DNA from: Candidatus Krumholzibacteriia bacterium
Lineage (GTDB): Bacteria > Krumholzibacteriota > Krumholzibacteriia > WVZY01
DNA length: 15,906 bases
NCBI GenBank assembly: GCA_036478295.1
Contig: JAZGDW010000273.1
Location: 1-15,906, forward strand
Direction of reading: 5' to 3'
Shown piece by piece: positions 7,066 to 15,906 of the stretch. The position numbers and the translations under genes are program-made. The first letter of the stretch is position 1. Each line of letters opens with the position of its first letter. A model generated the notes under the pieces. That model ran no database searches and was not told the origin of the DNA. It was given only the letters and a program-made list of their open reading frames with translations.

Positions 7066-7874
7066 CAGTCACCTTCGAACTTGGGTTTTTCTTTCTTAAT
7101 GAACGCGTCGTACGCCCGCCTGAAATCCCGGGTCTCCATGCAGACGGCCTGCGATTCCGCCTCGGCCCCGATCGCCTCTATGACGCCCATGTCCCATTCC
7201 TGGAGGAGCATTTTCTTCGTCATGCCGTGGGCAAAGGTGGGACCGTCGGCAAGCTTGCGCGCGCGCGATTTCGCGTCTTGCAACAGGGCATCCGGACTGA
7301 ACAGGCCGTTGTAGAATCCCCACTCGAGCGCCTGCGCCCCGCCCATCGAGCGGCCGGTGTACAAGAGTTCTGCTGCCCGGCCTTGCCCCACGATCCGTGG
7401 CAGCAAGGCACAAGCTCCCATGTCGCAACCGGCAAGGCCCACTCGCACAAAAAGAAAGGCGACCTTGCTCCGCTCGGTCCCGTAACGCAGATCCGACGCC
7501 ATGGCGATGGCCGCTCCACCACCGACGCAGACACCGTCGATCGCGGCGACGACGATCTGGGGGCAAGATTGTATCGCGATGACGACGTCACCTGTCATCC
7601 TGGTGAACTCGCGCAGTCCCTTGCCGTCCATCTCCAGGAGCGGGCCAATGATCTCATGCACATCTCCACCCGAGCAGAAATTCTCCCCTGCACCCGTGAT
7701 GACGACCGACTTTACATCCTCCACGTCCTTGAGACTTCGAAACGTATCCCGCAGCTCGGCGTACGAATCGAACGTCAAGGGATTCTTGCGCTCGGGCCGG
7801 TTCAGGGTAACAGTCGCTATCTTGTCTTCAACGGACCAGAGAAAATGTTTTGGTTTGAAATCAGCTCCGCGCAT
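7065..7874 (-). CDS. Enoyl-CoA hydratase/crotonase-superfamily protein (AbmC-like), 269 aa
   Basis: [40 protein letters not shown] and C-terminal [18 protein letters not shown] Shine-Dalgarno upstream of the ATG. Confidence 0.93.
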   Translation of the reverse strand: MRGADFKPKHFLWSVEDKIATVTLNRPERKNPLTFDSYAELRDTFRSLKDVEDVKSVVITGAGENFCSGGDVHEIIGPLLEMDGKGLREFTRMTGDVVIAIQSCPQIVVAAIDGVCVGGGAAIAMASDLRYGTERSKVAFLFVRVGLAGCDMGACALLPRIVGQGRAAELLYTGRSMGGAQALEWGFYNGLFSPDALLQDAKSRARKLADGPTFAHGMTKKMLLQEWDMGVIEAIGAEAESQAVCMETRDFRRAYDAFIKKEKPKFEGD

Positions 7875-7911
7875 GGGTCTCCTTCAATGCTCGTTAGCCG
7901 GACGACCTCTC

Positions 7912-8697
7912 TCACAGACTGTCGCTCCCGTCGACCACCACTGCCTGTCCCGTGACTCCTGCCTGATCGGGCAGGCAAAGCTCCAGCACCACCCTCGCCA
8001 CCTCTTCGGGTTCGATGAACCGGCCGTGGGGGTTTTCCCGTTTGAACTTGTCCATTACGTCTTCGACACTCTGGCCCAATCGTTCGGCGACCTGCGTCGC
8101 GGACTCGAGTACGAGATCTGTTTTCGTGTACCCCGGGCACACCGCATTTACCGTGATCCCGTGCCGGGCCATTTCCATCGCCAGCGACCGGGTCAGGCCG
8201 ATGACGCCGTGCTTGGCGGCCGAATAGGCGGCCACGTAGCGCCCCCCGTGCAGGCCGGCCGTGCTGGAAATGTTTACGATTCGGCCACCCGCCGACGCGA
8301 TCATCGCGGGAAGCACCTCCCGGCAGCACATGAACACGCCGGTCAGGTTCACGTCGAGCATGCGCCGCCAGTGCTCGAGGTCGATCTTGATGAACGGCGC
8401 CGTCTCGACGGCGCCGGCATTGTTGACGAGGATCGTTGGATCGCCGGTGTGTTTCCGGGTGCGCGCGAACGCCTCCGTGACGGCGGCGGGATCGGTCACG
8501 TCCATCGTGACCGCGTGAAATTCCTGGGAGTACCGGGCGCGAAGTTCCCCCGCGTAGTCTTCGAGTCGTTTCCGGGTGCGCCCCATGAGCGTGACCGCGG
8601 CCCCCGCCCCGGCGAGTTCCCCAGCGATGGCCGCGCCAATGCCGCGCCCCGCACCGGTTACCACGGCGTGCTGTCCCTGCAACGGTCTCTCTGTCAC
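7912..8697 (-). CDS. Short-chain dehydrogenase/reductase (3-hydroxyacyl-CoA dehydrogenase type, AbmB-like), about 261 aa
   Basis: TGAGRGIG Rossmann motif, NNAG, NISS, YSAAK catalytic YxxxK, VNAVCPG. The start is most likely GTG at 8697 (G-rich RBS) or ATG at 8709. The ORF-track extension to 9120 overlaps abmA and is spurious. Confidence 0.9.
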   Translation of the reverse strand: MTERPLQGQHAVVTGAGRGIGAAIAGELAGAGAAVTLMGRTRKRLEDYAGELRARYSQEFHAVTMDVTDPAAVTEAFARTRKHTGDPTILVNNAGAVETAPFIKIDLEHWRRMLDVNLTGVFMCCREVLPAMIASAGGRIVNISSTAGLHGGRYVAAYSAAKHGVIGLTRSLAMEMARHGITVNAVCPGYTKTDLVLESATQVAERLGQSVEDVMDKFKRENPHGRFIEPEEVARVVLELCLPDQAGVTGQAVVVDGSDSL

Positions 8698-8758
8698 GCT
8701 GCCCCCCATCTGTATGTCCGAACCGCATGCCCAACGCCGCGCGCCACGCGGAGTGAGA

Positions 8759-11050
8759 TCAAATGGGTCCCAGCTGTGCTTCCCTCGCCCTCCGCGAGAG
8801 AATTTCCAGCTGCTGCTTGCCGGCCAGGTATTGATCCGGCCACTTCCCGTTCTCGTACCCCAGCTGCGCCGCGGCCCGCAGGGTCCACATCGGGTCCCAC
8901 AGATGGGGCCTCGCCAGGAGACACAGATCCGCACGCCCTGCGGCGACAATACTGTTGACATGGTCCGGCTCGTAGATATTTCCCACGGCCATGGTTGCAA
9001 TGCCCACCCCGATCCGAATCCGTTCCGAGAACGGCACCTGGTACATCCTCCCGTAGACGGGCTTCTGATCGGGTGAGACCTGTCCGGTCGACACATCGAC
9101 CGCGTCGACGCCATGTTCATTCAACATGCGGGCAATTTCAACCGAATCATCGATGGTGATTCCGCCGTCCACCCAATCGGTGGCCGAGATACGGACCGAT
9201 ATCGGTTTGTCTTCGGGCCACACGCGACGTATCGCACCGAACACCTCCAGCGGGAAACGCATGCGGTTCTCCAGGGAGCCGCCGTACTCGTCCGTACGGA
9301 CGTTTGTAATCGGTGAAATGAAACCGGATAACAGGTAGCCGTGTGCGCAGTGGAGCTCCAGCATATCGAACGCCGCCTCGTTCGCCCTTTCGGTGGCCGC
9401 GACAAAGTCGTCGCGTACACGGGCCATATCCTCGACCGTCATCTCTATCGGTGTCTGGCTCACGGGCCCGTAGGGAATCGCCGACGGTGCGTAGATGGGC
9501 CAGTTTCCCTCAGGCAGCGGCTCATCCATTCCCTCCCATCCAAGTTTTGTAGAACCCTTGCGGCCGGAGTGCCCCAGCTGCATCCCGATCTTTGCGGCGC
9601 TGTTCTCGTGCACGAAATCCACGACGCGTTTCCAGGCACGCGTGTTTTCGTCCGAATATATGCCCGCGCAGCCCGGCGAGATACGTGCGTCCGGAGAGAC
9701 GCAGGTCATTTCGGTAAAAACGAGACCCGCCCCGCCCAGCGCCCGGCTCCCCGTATGAACCAGGTGAAAGTCCGTCACTGTGCCGTCCACCGCACTGTAC
9801 ATCGCCATCGGTGAGCAAACGACGCGGTTCATCACCGCCATGCCGCGCAGACGAAACGGCAGGAACATCGGGGGCACCGCGCTGTCACACGACCCGCCAG
9901 TGGCCTGGGCGGCGAACCATTTCTCGTAGTTCTCCAAATATTCTTTGTCGCGCAGGCGAAGGTTTTCATGGCTGACGCGCTGGCTGCGGGTAATCAGGCT
10001 GTACGCGAATTGCTCGGGCTCCAGATTCACCTTCAACCCTACCTGCTCGAACCACTCCGTGCTGTTGCGCGCCGCGCTCTGCAGGCGGAGCACCTCGATT
10101 CGCCGTTCTTCCTGGTAACCCTCCAGCGCCGGTTCCAGTTCTTCGTGCCCGTGTATCGCGCGGGCCAGGGCGATGGCGCTTTCCATCGCCAGCTTGGTGC
10201 CGGAACCCACCGAGAAGTGGGCGGTGGCGGCCGCGTCACCGAGCAGGACGATGTTCTTGTGGTGCCACTTCTCACAGCTGACACGCGGAAAATTCAACCA
10301 CACGGCCGACCCACGCAGATGGTCGGCGTTCGTCATCAGGCGGTTGCCGTCAAGATACTCGGCGAACAGGTTTTCACAAAACGCGATTCCCTCTTCCTTT
10401 TCCATCTCGTGCAGACCCGCTGCCCGCCACGTCTCCTCCGGGCACTCGACGATAAAGGTACTCAGGTCCTCGTCAAAACGGTAGCAGTGCACTTGAAACC
10501 AGCCGTGTTCCGTCTTCTTGAACAAGAACGTAAACGCATCGAAAACCTTGTGCGTGCCCAGCCAGATGAACTTGCAGTGCCGGGCGTCGATATCGGGTCG
10601 AAAATGGTTTTGGTACAGCCCGCGAACCGTGCTGTTGATGCCGTCGGCGCCGACTACGAGATCGGCGTCGGCGAACGCACCGAGGTCGTCGACCTGAACT
10701 CCGAATTCGATTTTCGCGCCCAGTTCTTGCGCACGCCGCGCGAGTATCTCGAGGAGAACCTGCCGCGATATGCCACTGAAGCCGTGCCCACCGGACTTGA
10801 TGACCTTGTTCCCAAAATGCACGTGGATATCATCCCAGTGCGCGAGTTTTTCGGTAATCTGCCGGTAAGTCTTGTCGTCAGCGGTGCGGTAATTGTCCAT
10901 CGTGGTATCCGAGAACACAACACCCCAACCGTACGTGCTTCCCCTGGGATTGCGGTCGATGACCGTAACGTCATGCGACGGATTCTGCTTCATCATCTGA
11001 ATGGCAAAGTAGAGCCCGCCGGGACCACCGCCAATAATCGCTACTTTCAA
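8759..11050 (-). CDS. abmA: Bifunctional 2-aminobenzoyl-CoA monooxygenase/reductase (salicylyl-CoA 5-hydroxylase/oxidoreductase family), 763 aa
   Basis: N-terminal FAD monooxygenase domain ([44 protein letters not shown]) fused to an old-yellow-enzyme FMN domain ([50 protein letters not shown]). TTG start preceded by GGAG. Confidence 0.92.
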   Translation of the reverse strand: MKVAIIGGGPGGLYFAIQMMKQNPSHDVTVIDRNPRGSTYGWGVVFSDTTMDNYRTADDKTYRQITEKLAHWDDIHVHFGNKVIKSGGHGFSGISRQVLLEILARRAQELGAKIEFGVQVDDLGAFADADLVVGADGINSTVRGLYQNHFRPDIDARHCKFIWLGTHKVFDAFTFLFKKTEHGWFQVHCYRFDEDLSTFIVECPEETWRAAGLHEMEKEEGIAFCENLFAEYLDGNRLMTNADHLRGSAVWLNFPRVSCEKWHHKNIVLLGDAAATAHFSVGSGTKLAMESAIALARAIHGHEELEPALEGYQEERRIEVLRLQSAARNSTEWFEQVGLKVNLEPEQFAYSLITRSQRVSHENLRLRDKEYLENYEKWFAAQATGGSCDSAVPPMFLPFRLRGMAVMNRVVCSPMAMYSAVDGTVTDFHLVHTGSRALGGAGLVFTEMTCVSPDARISPGCAGIYSDENTRAWKRVVDFVHENSAAKIGMQLGHSGRKGSTKLGWEGMDEPLPEGNWPIYAPSAIPYGPVSQTPIEMTVEDMARVRDDFVAATERANEAAFDMLELHCAHGYLLSGFISPITNVRTDEYGGSLENRMRFPLEVFGAIRRVWPEDKPISVRISATDWVDGGITIDDSVEIARMLNEHGVDAVDVSTGQVSPDQKPVYGRMYQVPFSERIRIGVGIATMAVGNIYEPDHVNSIVAAGRADLCLLARPHLWDPMWTLRAAAQLGYENGKWPDQYLAGKQQLEILSRRAREAQLGPI

Positions 11051-11211
11051 ATCTTTTCTCCAGTCAGCCTGCTCGGGGGGGGGTGCGCGAGTCCCTCTCC
11101 GTCTTTTTCGGGAAAGTCTAAAGGAATCAGTAACTCCTGTCCACCGCCACGCACTTGGCCGGTCGCATCAGGTCACACGGATTTCACGTCGTCGACCCGG
11201 TTCGACAGACG

Positions 11212-12405
11212 CTAGAGTGATCGCACGACTTCGCCCAGCGCATCGACAGCCCCGGTCAATTGCCGATCTGACAGGTAGGGTGCGGGCCCCAAACGAAGCG
11301 TGTCCCCACGGTAGTCGGTGAAGACGCCGCGTTCGTTCAACAGACGACACAACTCCCCCGCGCGTGGAGAGTGCAGTGCGAGGAATCCCCCGATTCCATC
11401 CAGGTCCACGGACCGGTCGCGCGCGATGAGCTTTGGGTCGGCATCGAGTTCGTCGAACAACCGGACGAGCAGGCCAACCTGGTGCCGGCTCACCTCGCGC
11501 AGGCGTTCGGGCGTCAAACCGTGCTCGTCGAAGAAATCAAACACCGCGGCGGCCCGGTAATGGCTGGTCGGGTCGTACGTCGAACCCGCGAATCGGGCCG
11601 GCCCCTCACCGTACGACACCGCGCTGCCCGCCCTGGCGACGGCGAGCGTGTCGAACTCGGAAAACCAGCCGGTAATGACGGGCCGCAGGTTGCACTGCTC
11701 CGGTATGCGCAGAAAACAGTTCCCTTCACCGAGCTGGCAGTACTTGTACCCGCCGCCGACGACGAACGCCGCCTGCAATCCTTCCCGCTCGAGAGAAAAC
11801 GGAACCACATTGAGCGAGTGATAGGCGTCCACGAGGAGCTCGGCGCCGATTTTTTTGCAGGCCCCCTGGAGGTTACCCAGTCCAGGCACGATGTGGCCGC
11901 TCTCGTAGAGAACGGACGAGACCAGTACCGCCGCGGTCCGTTCGTCGAGTGCCTCGACCAGTCTCTCCGCCAGGGTGGCGGTCGGGCGAGCCGTGATCCT
12001 GACCACATCGATATTCTCTTCGGCCAGCCGGTCCAACTGGCGGCGAATCGTGTGGTACTCGCCGTCCGTCGTCACGATCCGTCGCCGCTCTCGTATGGGC
12101 AACGCCGACAGGAATCGTACGACGAGCTCGTGGGTATTCGACGCCAACGCGATGTGACCGCCTGAATCGTCCAGTAGCCGGGCGAAGCCGCGACGCACCC
12201 TGTCGGCCTTGGCAAACGCGTACGTCCACTTTTGATCGGCGTGTTCGGCGGCATCCAGCCAGGCCTGGCATTGGCCTTCGAAGCCACAGTCCGGCCACGC
12301 CTGGTGTGAGTGGCCCGTCAGGAGAAGCCGATCTTGCACGGCGAACTTGCTGTAGAACGGCGATAAGGCGTTGGGGTGCTGGTACAGTCCCTGTGGGTCG
12401 ATCAT
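11212..12405 (-). CDS. kynU: Kynureninase-like class V PLP-dependent enzyme, about 397 aa
   Basis: DAYHS (PLP-binding Asp), GGYKY (Schiff-base Lys), RPVITGWF, FAGST and TDYRGDTLRLGPAPY. Lies directly downstream of tryptophan 2,3-dioxygenase. Start is ATG at 12405, 4 nt after the TDO stop; GTG at 12423 is the alternative. Confidence 0.82.
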   Translation of the reverse strand: MIDPQGLYQHPNALSPFYSKFAVQDRLLLTGHSHQAWPDCGFEGQCQAWLDAAEHADQKWTYAFAKADRVRRGFARLLDDSGGHIALASNTHELVVRFLSALPIRERRRIVTTDGEYHTIRRQLDRLAEENIDVVRITARPTATLAERLVEALDERTAAVLVSSVLYESGHIVPGLGNLQGACKKIGAELLVDAYHSLNVVPFSLEREGLQAAFVVGGGYKYCQLGEGNCFLRIPEQCNLRPVITGWFSEFDTLAVARAGSAVSYGEGPARFAGSTYDPTSHYRAAAVFDFFDEHGLTPERLREVSRHQVGLLVRLFDELDADPKLIARDRSVDLDGIGGFLALHSPRAGELCRLLNERGVFTDYRGDTLRLGPAPYLSDRQLTGAVDALGEVVRSL

Positions 12406-12409
12406 GTTC

Positions 12410-13192
12410 CTAGAGTTCGGCACGGATGTCCCATAGATCGGGAAACAGGGGTTTGAACAACGTATTCATCAAGTACTGCACTCCGGAAGTACCGCCGGTG
12501 CCACGTTTGCTGCCGATGGTTCGTTGCACCATCTTGACGTGACGGTATCGCCATTCCTGAAACCCTTCATCGAGATCGACGAGGCGTTCGCAAACTGCCC
12601 GCACTTCGGCATTGTCGCGATAGACGTCTATGAGGATTTTCTGAACGGCCGGCGACGCCTCATTCGGCTGTGTGACGTCTCTCGCCAGCGCTTCCTCGGG
12701 AACGGCATACCCCTGGCGGGCCAGGTAGCGGAGAAATGCATCCCACAGGCCCGGTTGCGTAAATCGCGCCTCCAGGCGCCTGCGTCCTACCGAGCCTTCG
12801 GGATAGTGGTCGACCTTCTTGCGGTTCTTGAGACCGAGGGTGAACTCGAGTTCCCGAAACTGGTGCGACTGCAATCCGCTGCTGGATTCGAGGCGGTCGC
12901 GAAACGACAAGAACTCCAGCGGTGTGATGGTCTCCAGAATATCGATCTGGGCGACCAGGACTTTCAAAATGGTGAGAACCCGCTTCAACGTGTGCAGGGC
13001 GAGCGGCGTTTGGTTTTCGGTCAGCAACGTTTTCAGGTAATCCAGCTCGTGGATGATTTCCTTGAACCACAGCTCGTAGACCTGGTGAACGATAATGAAT
13101 ATCGTCTCGTCATGCTCGGGCCCTTCCGTGCGGGGCTGCTGCAGAGACAGCAGTTCGTCCAGCTTGAGGTAACTCGAATATGTCAGTGGCAT
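12410..13192 (-). CDS. kynA: Tryptophan 2,3-dioxygenase, 260 aa
   Basis: LTYSSYLKLDELLSLQ, HDETIFIIVHQVYELWFK, FLSFRDRL..SSGLQSHQFR, WRYRHVKMVQRTIGSKRGTGGTSG and FPDLW are diagnostic TDO motifs. GGAGG RBS at 13202-13198. Confidence 0.97.
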   Translation of the reverse strand: MPLTYSSYLKLDELLSLQQPRTEGPEHDETIFIIVHQVYELWFKEIIHELDYLKTLLTENQTPLALHTLKRVLTILKVLVAQIDILETITPLEFLSFRDRLESSSGLQSHQFRELEFTLGLKNRKKVDHYPEGSVGRRRLEARFTQPGLWDAFLRYLARQGYAVPEEALARDVTQPNEASPAVQKILIDVYRDNAEVRAVCERLVDLDEGFQEWRYRHVKMVQRTIGSKRGTGGTSGVQYLMNTLFKPLFPDLWDIRAEL

Positions 13193-13249
13193 GCAAACCT
13201 CCGGACGCTTCTATTATCAGGACTTTTGACTCGCGGGCAGTGTTGCAGA

Positions 13250-13278
13250 AGTATAGCCCGGGTGGTGGGTGGAATCAA
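13250..13278 (-). promoter_or_regulatory. Sigma70-type promoter of the kynA-kynU-abm cluster
   Basis: Minus strand reads TTGATT (13278-13273), 17 nt spacer, TATACT (13255-13250), about 57 nt upstream of the kynA ATG. Confidence 0.72.
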
Positions 13279-13323
13279 GGTCGCGGTCCCTCCGCGGAAG
13301 GTCGTCGGCCGTACGATTCGTCA

Positions 13324-14806
13324 TTACCGGCGTTGCTTGTAGACGATGTAGTCGGCCACGAACCTCTCTTCCCTCGCGTAACGTTCCGTGATGTCCGGAG
13401 ACGGATGCAGATCGGTCAGGCCTTCTGCCTGGAAACGCCGCACCGGTTCGTACCGTGCCGGGAAATCGCTCTCTGCGAACCTCCGATACACCGTCCCGCG
13501 GATCGGTAGTACGACAAAATCCGGTCTCCGTGTCAGGATGAACGAGATGTCCCAGTTCGCGGACCCGCGGTGTTCGACGTAATGTCGCCACACATCCGGC
13601 GTGACCAGCGCGGCGGCATCGAGGATCGTGCGCCGGGAAATCAACCCGAGGTAGCCGATATCCGCTGCATCGATCACGTCACCGGCTCGCGTCTCATCGC
13701 GGGCCCAACGGCCGAGCGGCCGGTAAACGTTGTCGACCGCCTGGCGATGCCACCGCACTGTTGCGAAGCTTCGCGGCAGAATGAAGGCGTCCGCCACCAC
13801 AAACAGTAACGCCGCCACGACGGCGCCTCTTGCCGCGCTGCGCATGATCGAGCCCAGCACCCATGATGCCGCCACCGCCGACAAGCACACGAGCCCCAGC
13901 ACCAGCGGCGGAAAGTACCAGCCGCCTAGAAAAGGGGGCTTCGACACGAAGAAGAAGACCGAGTATACGGCGACCCACGCGGCCAGGACCGCCGCGGCAA
14001 CGGACTCCTTGCGGATCCCTACCCACGCTCCCACAGCTGCTCCCACCCACAAAAGCGCTACCATGGGATTTCGGAGCACAAAAAAGTCCAACAGCTGCCG
14101 GGGCGTGCTGTTCTGCTGGATCAGCTTTGCGAGCACCGAATTCGGGAAGGGCGAAACCAAAGTAGAGGGTCGCAAAAACGAACCAGGGTATAGTCACGGC
14201 AAGAAACACAACGAGGGCCTTCCACGGAAACGGCAGGCTTTGTCGATGCAGCTTCGCCAGGATGAAGACACCGAGAATACCCGCGAGAAGCGCACCCTCC
14301 GGTCTCGTCAAAACGGCCAATCCAACCGCCACCGCGGTCGCCGCGTACCGCGACTGCACCGCGAAGAGAATCGCCATGACGACGAGTGCCTCAAAAACCT
14401 GCGTCTCCATTCCGTAGCCGCAGGCGGCAATAGCGACGTATGAGAGGGCGTAGAAGAGGGCTGCCAGCAGGGCCGCGGGTTCGCCGAAGGGGCGCGCGAT
14501 CAGCCGGTACACGAGCAGGCAGACGAGGAGGTCGGCGGCGAGGGCGAGCGCATATGCGGCGGCTTGCAGGGGAAGCCCGGCAAGGGCAAACGGGAGCAGG
14601 AGCAGGGTAAACAGCGGCGTGGTCGTTCCCAGCACCCGTTCCCCGGTGTTGTAGACAAATCCCTGGCCTTCGGCCAGGTTTTCCGCGTAGCGAAACGTGA
14701 TGCACGCGTCGTCCGTCGGAGCGGACACGCTCAAGGCGGCGAGCCGCAGGCCAAGCGCAAGCAGGAGGACAGCGGCGAGGGTGAGGTTTCGTCTATTCGA
14801 GGTCAT
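13324..14806 (-). pseudogene. GT-C-like polytopic membrane glycosyltransferase interrupted by a +1 frameshift (about 493 aa if repaired); real pseudogene or sequencing error
   Basis: The 5' frame (from 14806) has a TM helix followed by DDACITFRYAENLAEGQGFVYNTGERVLGTTTPL, then GMET and LTRPEG. The 3' frame (to 13324) has PNSVLAK, WYFPP, several TM helices, DIGYLG..ILDAAALV and RPDFVV. Removing one T from TTT GGT TTC GCC (the + strand AAA at 14154-14156) joins them as YFGSPFPNSVLAK. Confidence 0.8.
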
Positions 14807-14918
14807 TCATCCCGGGGGTAAGCGCCGATTGCGGGGTCGGTCCACAATCCTGACAGGTTCGGATAATAGCCTCGCGTAGTCTACCAGATGCGGGACACAT
14901 CGGACGACGGCAAAGTGC

Positions 14919-15906
14919 CTACCGTGTCAGTGTGATGAAGAACCGTTGAAATCCGAAACTCGAGCTTGTCCGGCGGCCGAAGTCTTTTGTGTTGAATTGG
15001 TTGACAAGTTGTTGCTCGCCGTCGAGAAGAACATACTGCTGGAACGTATCAGACGGTCCGCTGTCGCGCCCCGTGACCGAGAAACGCCAGCCCCGGATAG
15101 GAGGCTGCCCGGGGAATTCCCTGATAAAATCCGGCAGCGAGCTGAACACCGTGTCACCGTTCACATCGTCCATCGGATAGCGCACGGGCCACGTAAACGT
15201 GTCGCACAGTGCATTGGTCTCCAGAGCAGGAACCCACTGAAAACCCGCCCGTGCGAACCCGTAGAAGAACACGCCAGCGTCGTAGTCACTAAAGAGGTAC
15301 CGCCAGGATTTTATGGCCGATCCCGCCGGGTCCCGGGCATCATCATGCCCCGTGGCTTTGATGGCAAACGAGAACTGCTTCTTACGCTCCCCCGCGGCCA
15401 TGTCGATCGTGTCGCTGTTCGCGGGCGCCCACCAATCCCACGACAGTGTATCGTCGTTCCGAATGAGGGTGCCGTCGTGGTGCTGGATGCTGAAGTCATC
15501 CAGTGTCGGTGCAAAATTTCCGTAGATGGGCAGCCAGGCGGGCTGGGCGTCCGGACCGAACTCGTCTACCGCACGTGCCTGGATGAGGTATTCGAGACTG
15601 CCAATATTCAAGCGCACGGTATCCTGCAGGCCGTTCGTGTTACTGTCGAACGGCAATTCCGGGAGCCATAGTGATTCGAAGCGGCTGCCGAATACGGTAG
15701 CGCGCACACTTTCGTATTTCATCTGAAACCCGACGCACTGGTTGACCGGGTCCGTACAAGTACCGATGGAGTAGACCGGGCTCGAACCCTCGAGAACGAC
15801 GGTGAGCCAGCTGTCGATCGGTACCGTGTCCAAATCGGCGTCATTAAAGTCTATGTCGCGGGCAGTGCCCAGGTCCAGTGTCGGGCCGTTCAGTACCCTC
15901 ACGATT
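14919..15906 (-). CDS. 3' part (at least 328 aa) of a large, probably secreted or surface beta-rich hypothetical protein, truncated by the window edge
   Basis: The frame is open to the right edge. It is rich in Asp, Thr and aromatic residues and has recurring Ig/FN3-like strand motifs (YLIQARAVDEFG, FAIKATGHD, WRFSVTGRD). No recognisable catalytic motif. Confidence 0.7.
   Translation of the reverse strand, partial: IVRVLNGPTLDLGTARDIDFNDADLDTVPIDSWLTVVLEGSSPVYSIGTCTDPVNQCVGFQMKYESVRATVFGSRFESLWLPELPFDSNTNGLQDTVRLNIGSLEYLIQARAVDEFGPDAQPAWLPIYGNFAPTLDDFSIQHHDGTLIRNDDTLSWDWWAPANSDTIDMAAGERKKQFSFAIKATGHDDARDPAGSAIKSWRYLFSDYDAGVFFYGFARAGFQWVPALETNALCDTFTWPVRYPMDDVNGDTVFSSLPDFIREFPGQPPIRGWRFSVTGRDSGPSDTFQQYVLLDGEQQLVNQFNTKDFGRRTSSSFGFQRFFITLTR

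Noticed and set aside
7501..8958. 485-aa plus-strand ORF (likewise 6840-7955, 9968-11215, 11371-12165 and 12524-13342)
   Set aside because: All are antisense to well-supported enzyme genes and lack recognisable motifs.
8710..9120. Long N-terminal extension of the SDR ORF
   Set aside because: It overlaps the 3' end of abmA in another frame; SDR similarity begins only near 8697.
13694..14150. C-terminal tail of the 370-aa ORF treated as real protein
   Set aside because: It is Arg/Gly-rich out-of-frame read-through after the frameshift; the membrane protein continues in the other frame.
1..15906. tRNA, rRNA, CRISPR array, transposase or integrase
   Set aside because: No cloverleaf, rRNA signature, regularly spaced repeat, terminal inverted repeat or recombinase motif was seen by eye.

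Overview
GC-rich bacterial DNA in which every credible gene lies on the minus strand. In transcription order (right to left): (1) the 3' part of a large, probably secreted beta-rich protein cut off by the window edge; (2) a GT-C-like membrane glycosyltransferase split by a single-base frameshift at about 14154-14156; (3) a nine-gene catabolic cluster (13192 to 3005) behind a clear sigma70 promoter, encoding tryptophan 2,3-dioxygenase, a kynureninase-like PLP enzyme, a 2-aminobenzoyl-CoA monooxygenase/reductase (AbmA-like), an SDR, a crotonase, an acyl-CoA dehydrogenase, a Rid-family protein, an aryl-CoA ligase and a creatininase-family amidohydrolase, which together suggest Trp -> anthranilate -> anthraniloyl-CoA -> aerobic CoA-dependent dearomatisation, but with no kynurenine formamidase (kynB); (4) a stand-alone papain/C39-like cysteine peptidase with its own promoter; (5) a two-gene module of a CX4CH cytochrome c domain fused to a DUF5777-like outer-membrane beta-barrel plus a paralogous CX4CH cytochrome c lipoprotein. 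The two best leads are the creatininase-family enzyme as a possible non-homologous replacement for KynB, and the cytochrome-barrel fusion with its lipoprotein partner as a possible Cyc2-analogous outer-membrane redox module. All family calls come from motif recognition by eye; no database searches were run.
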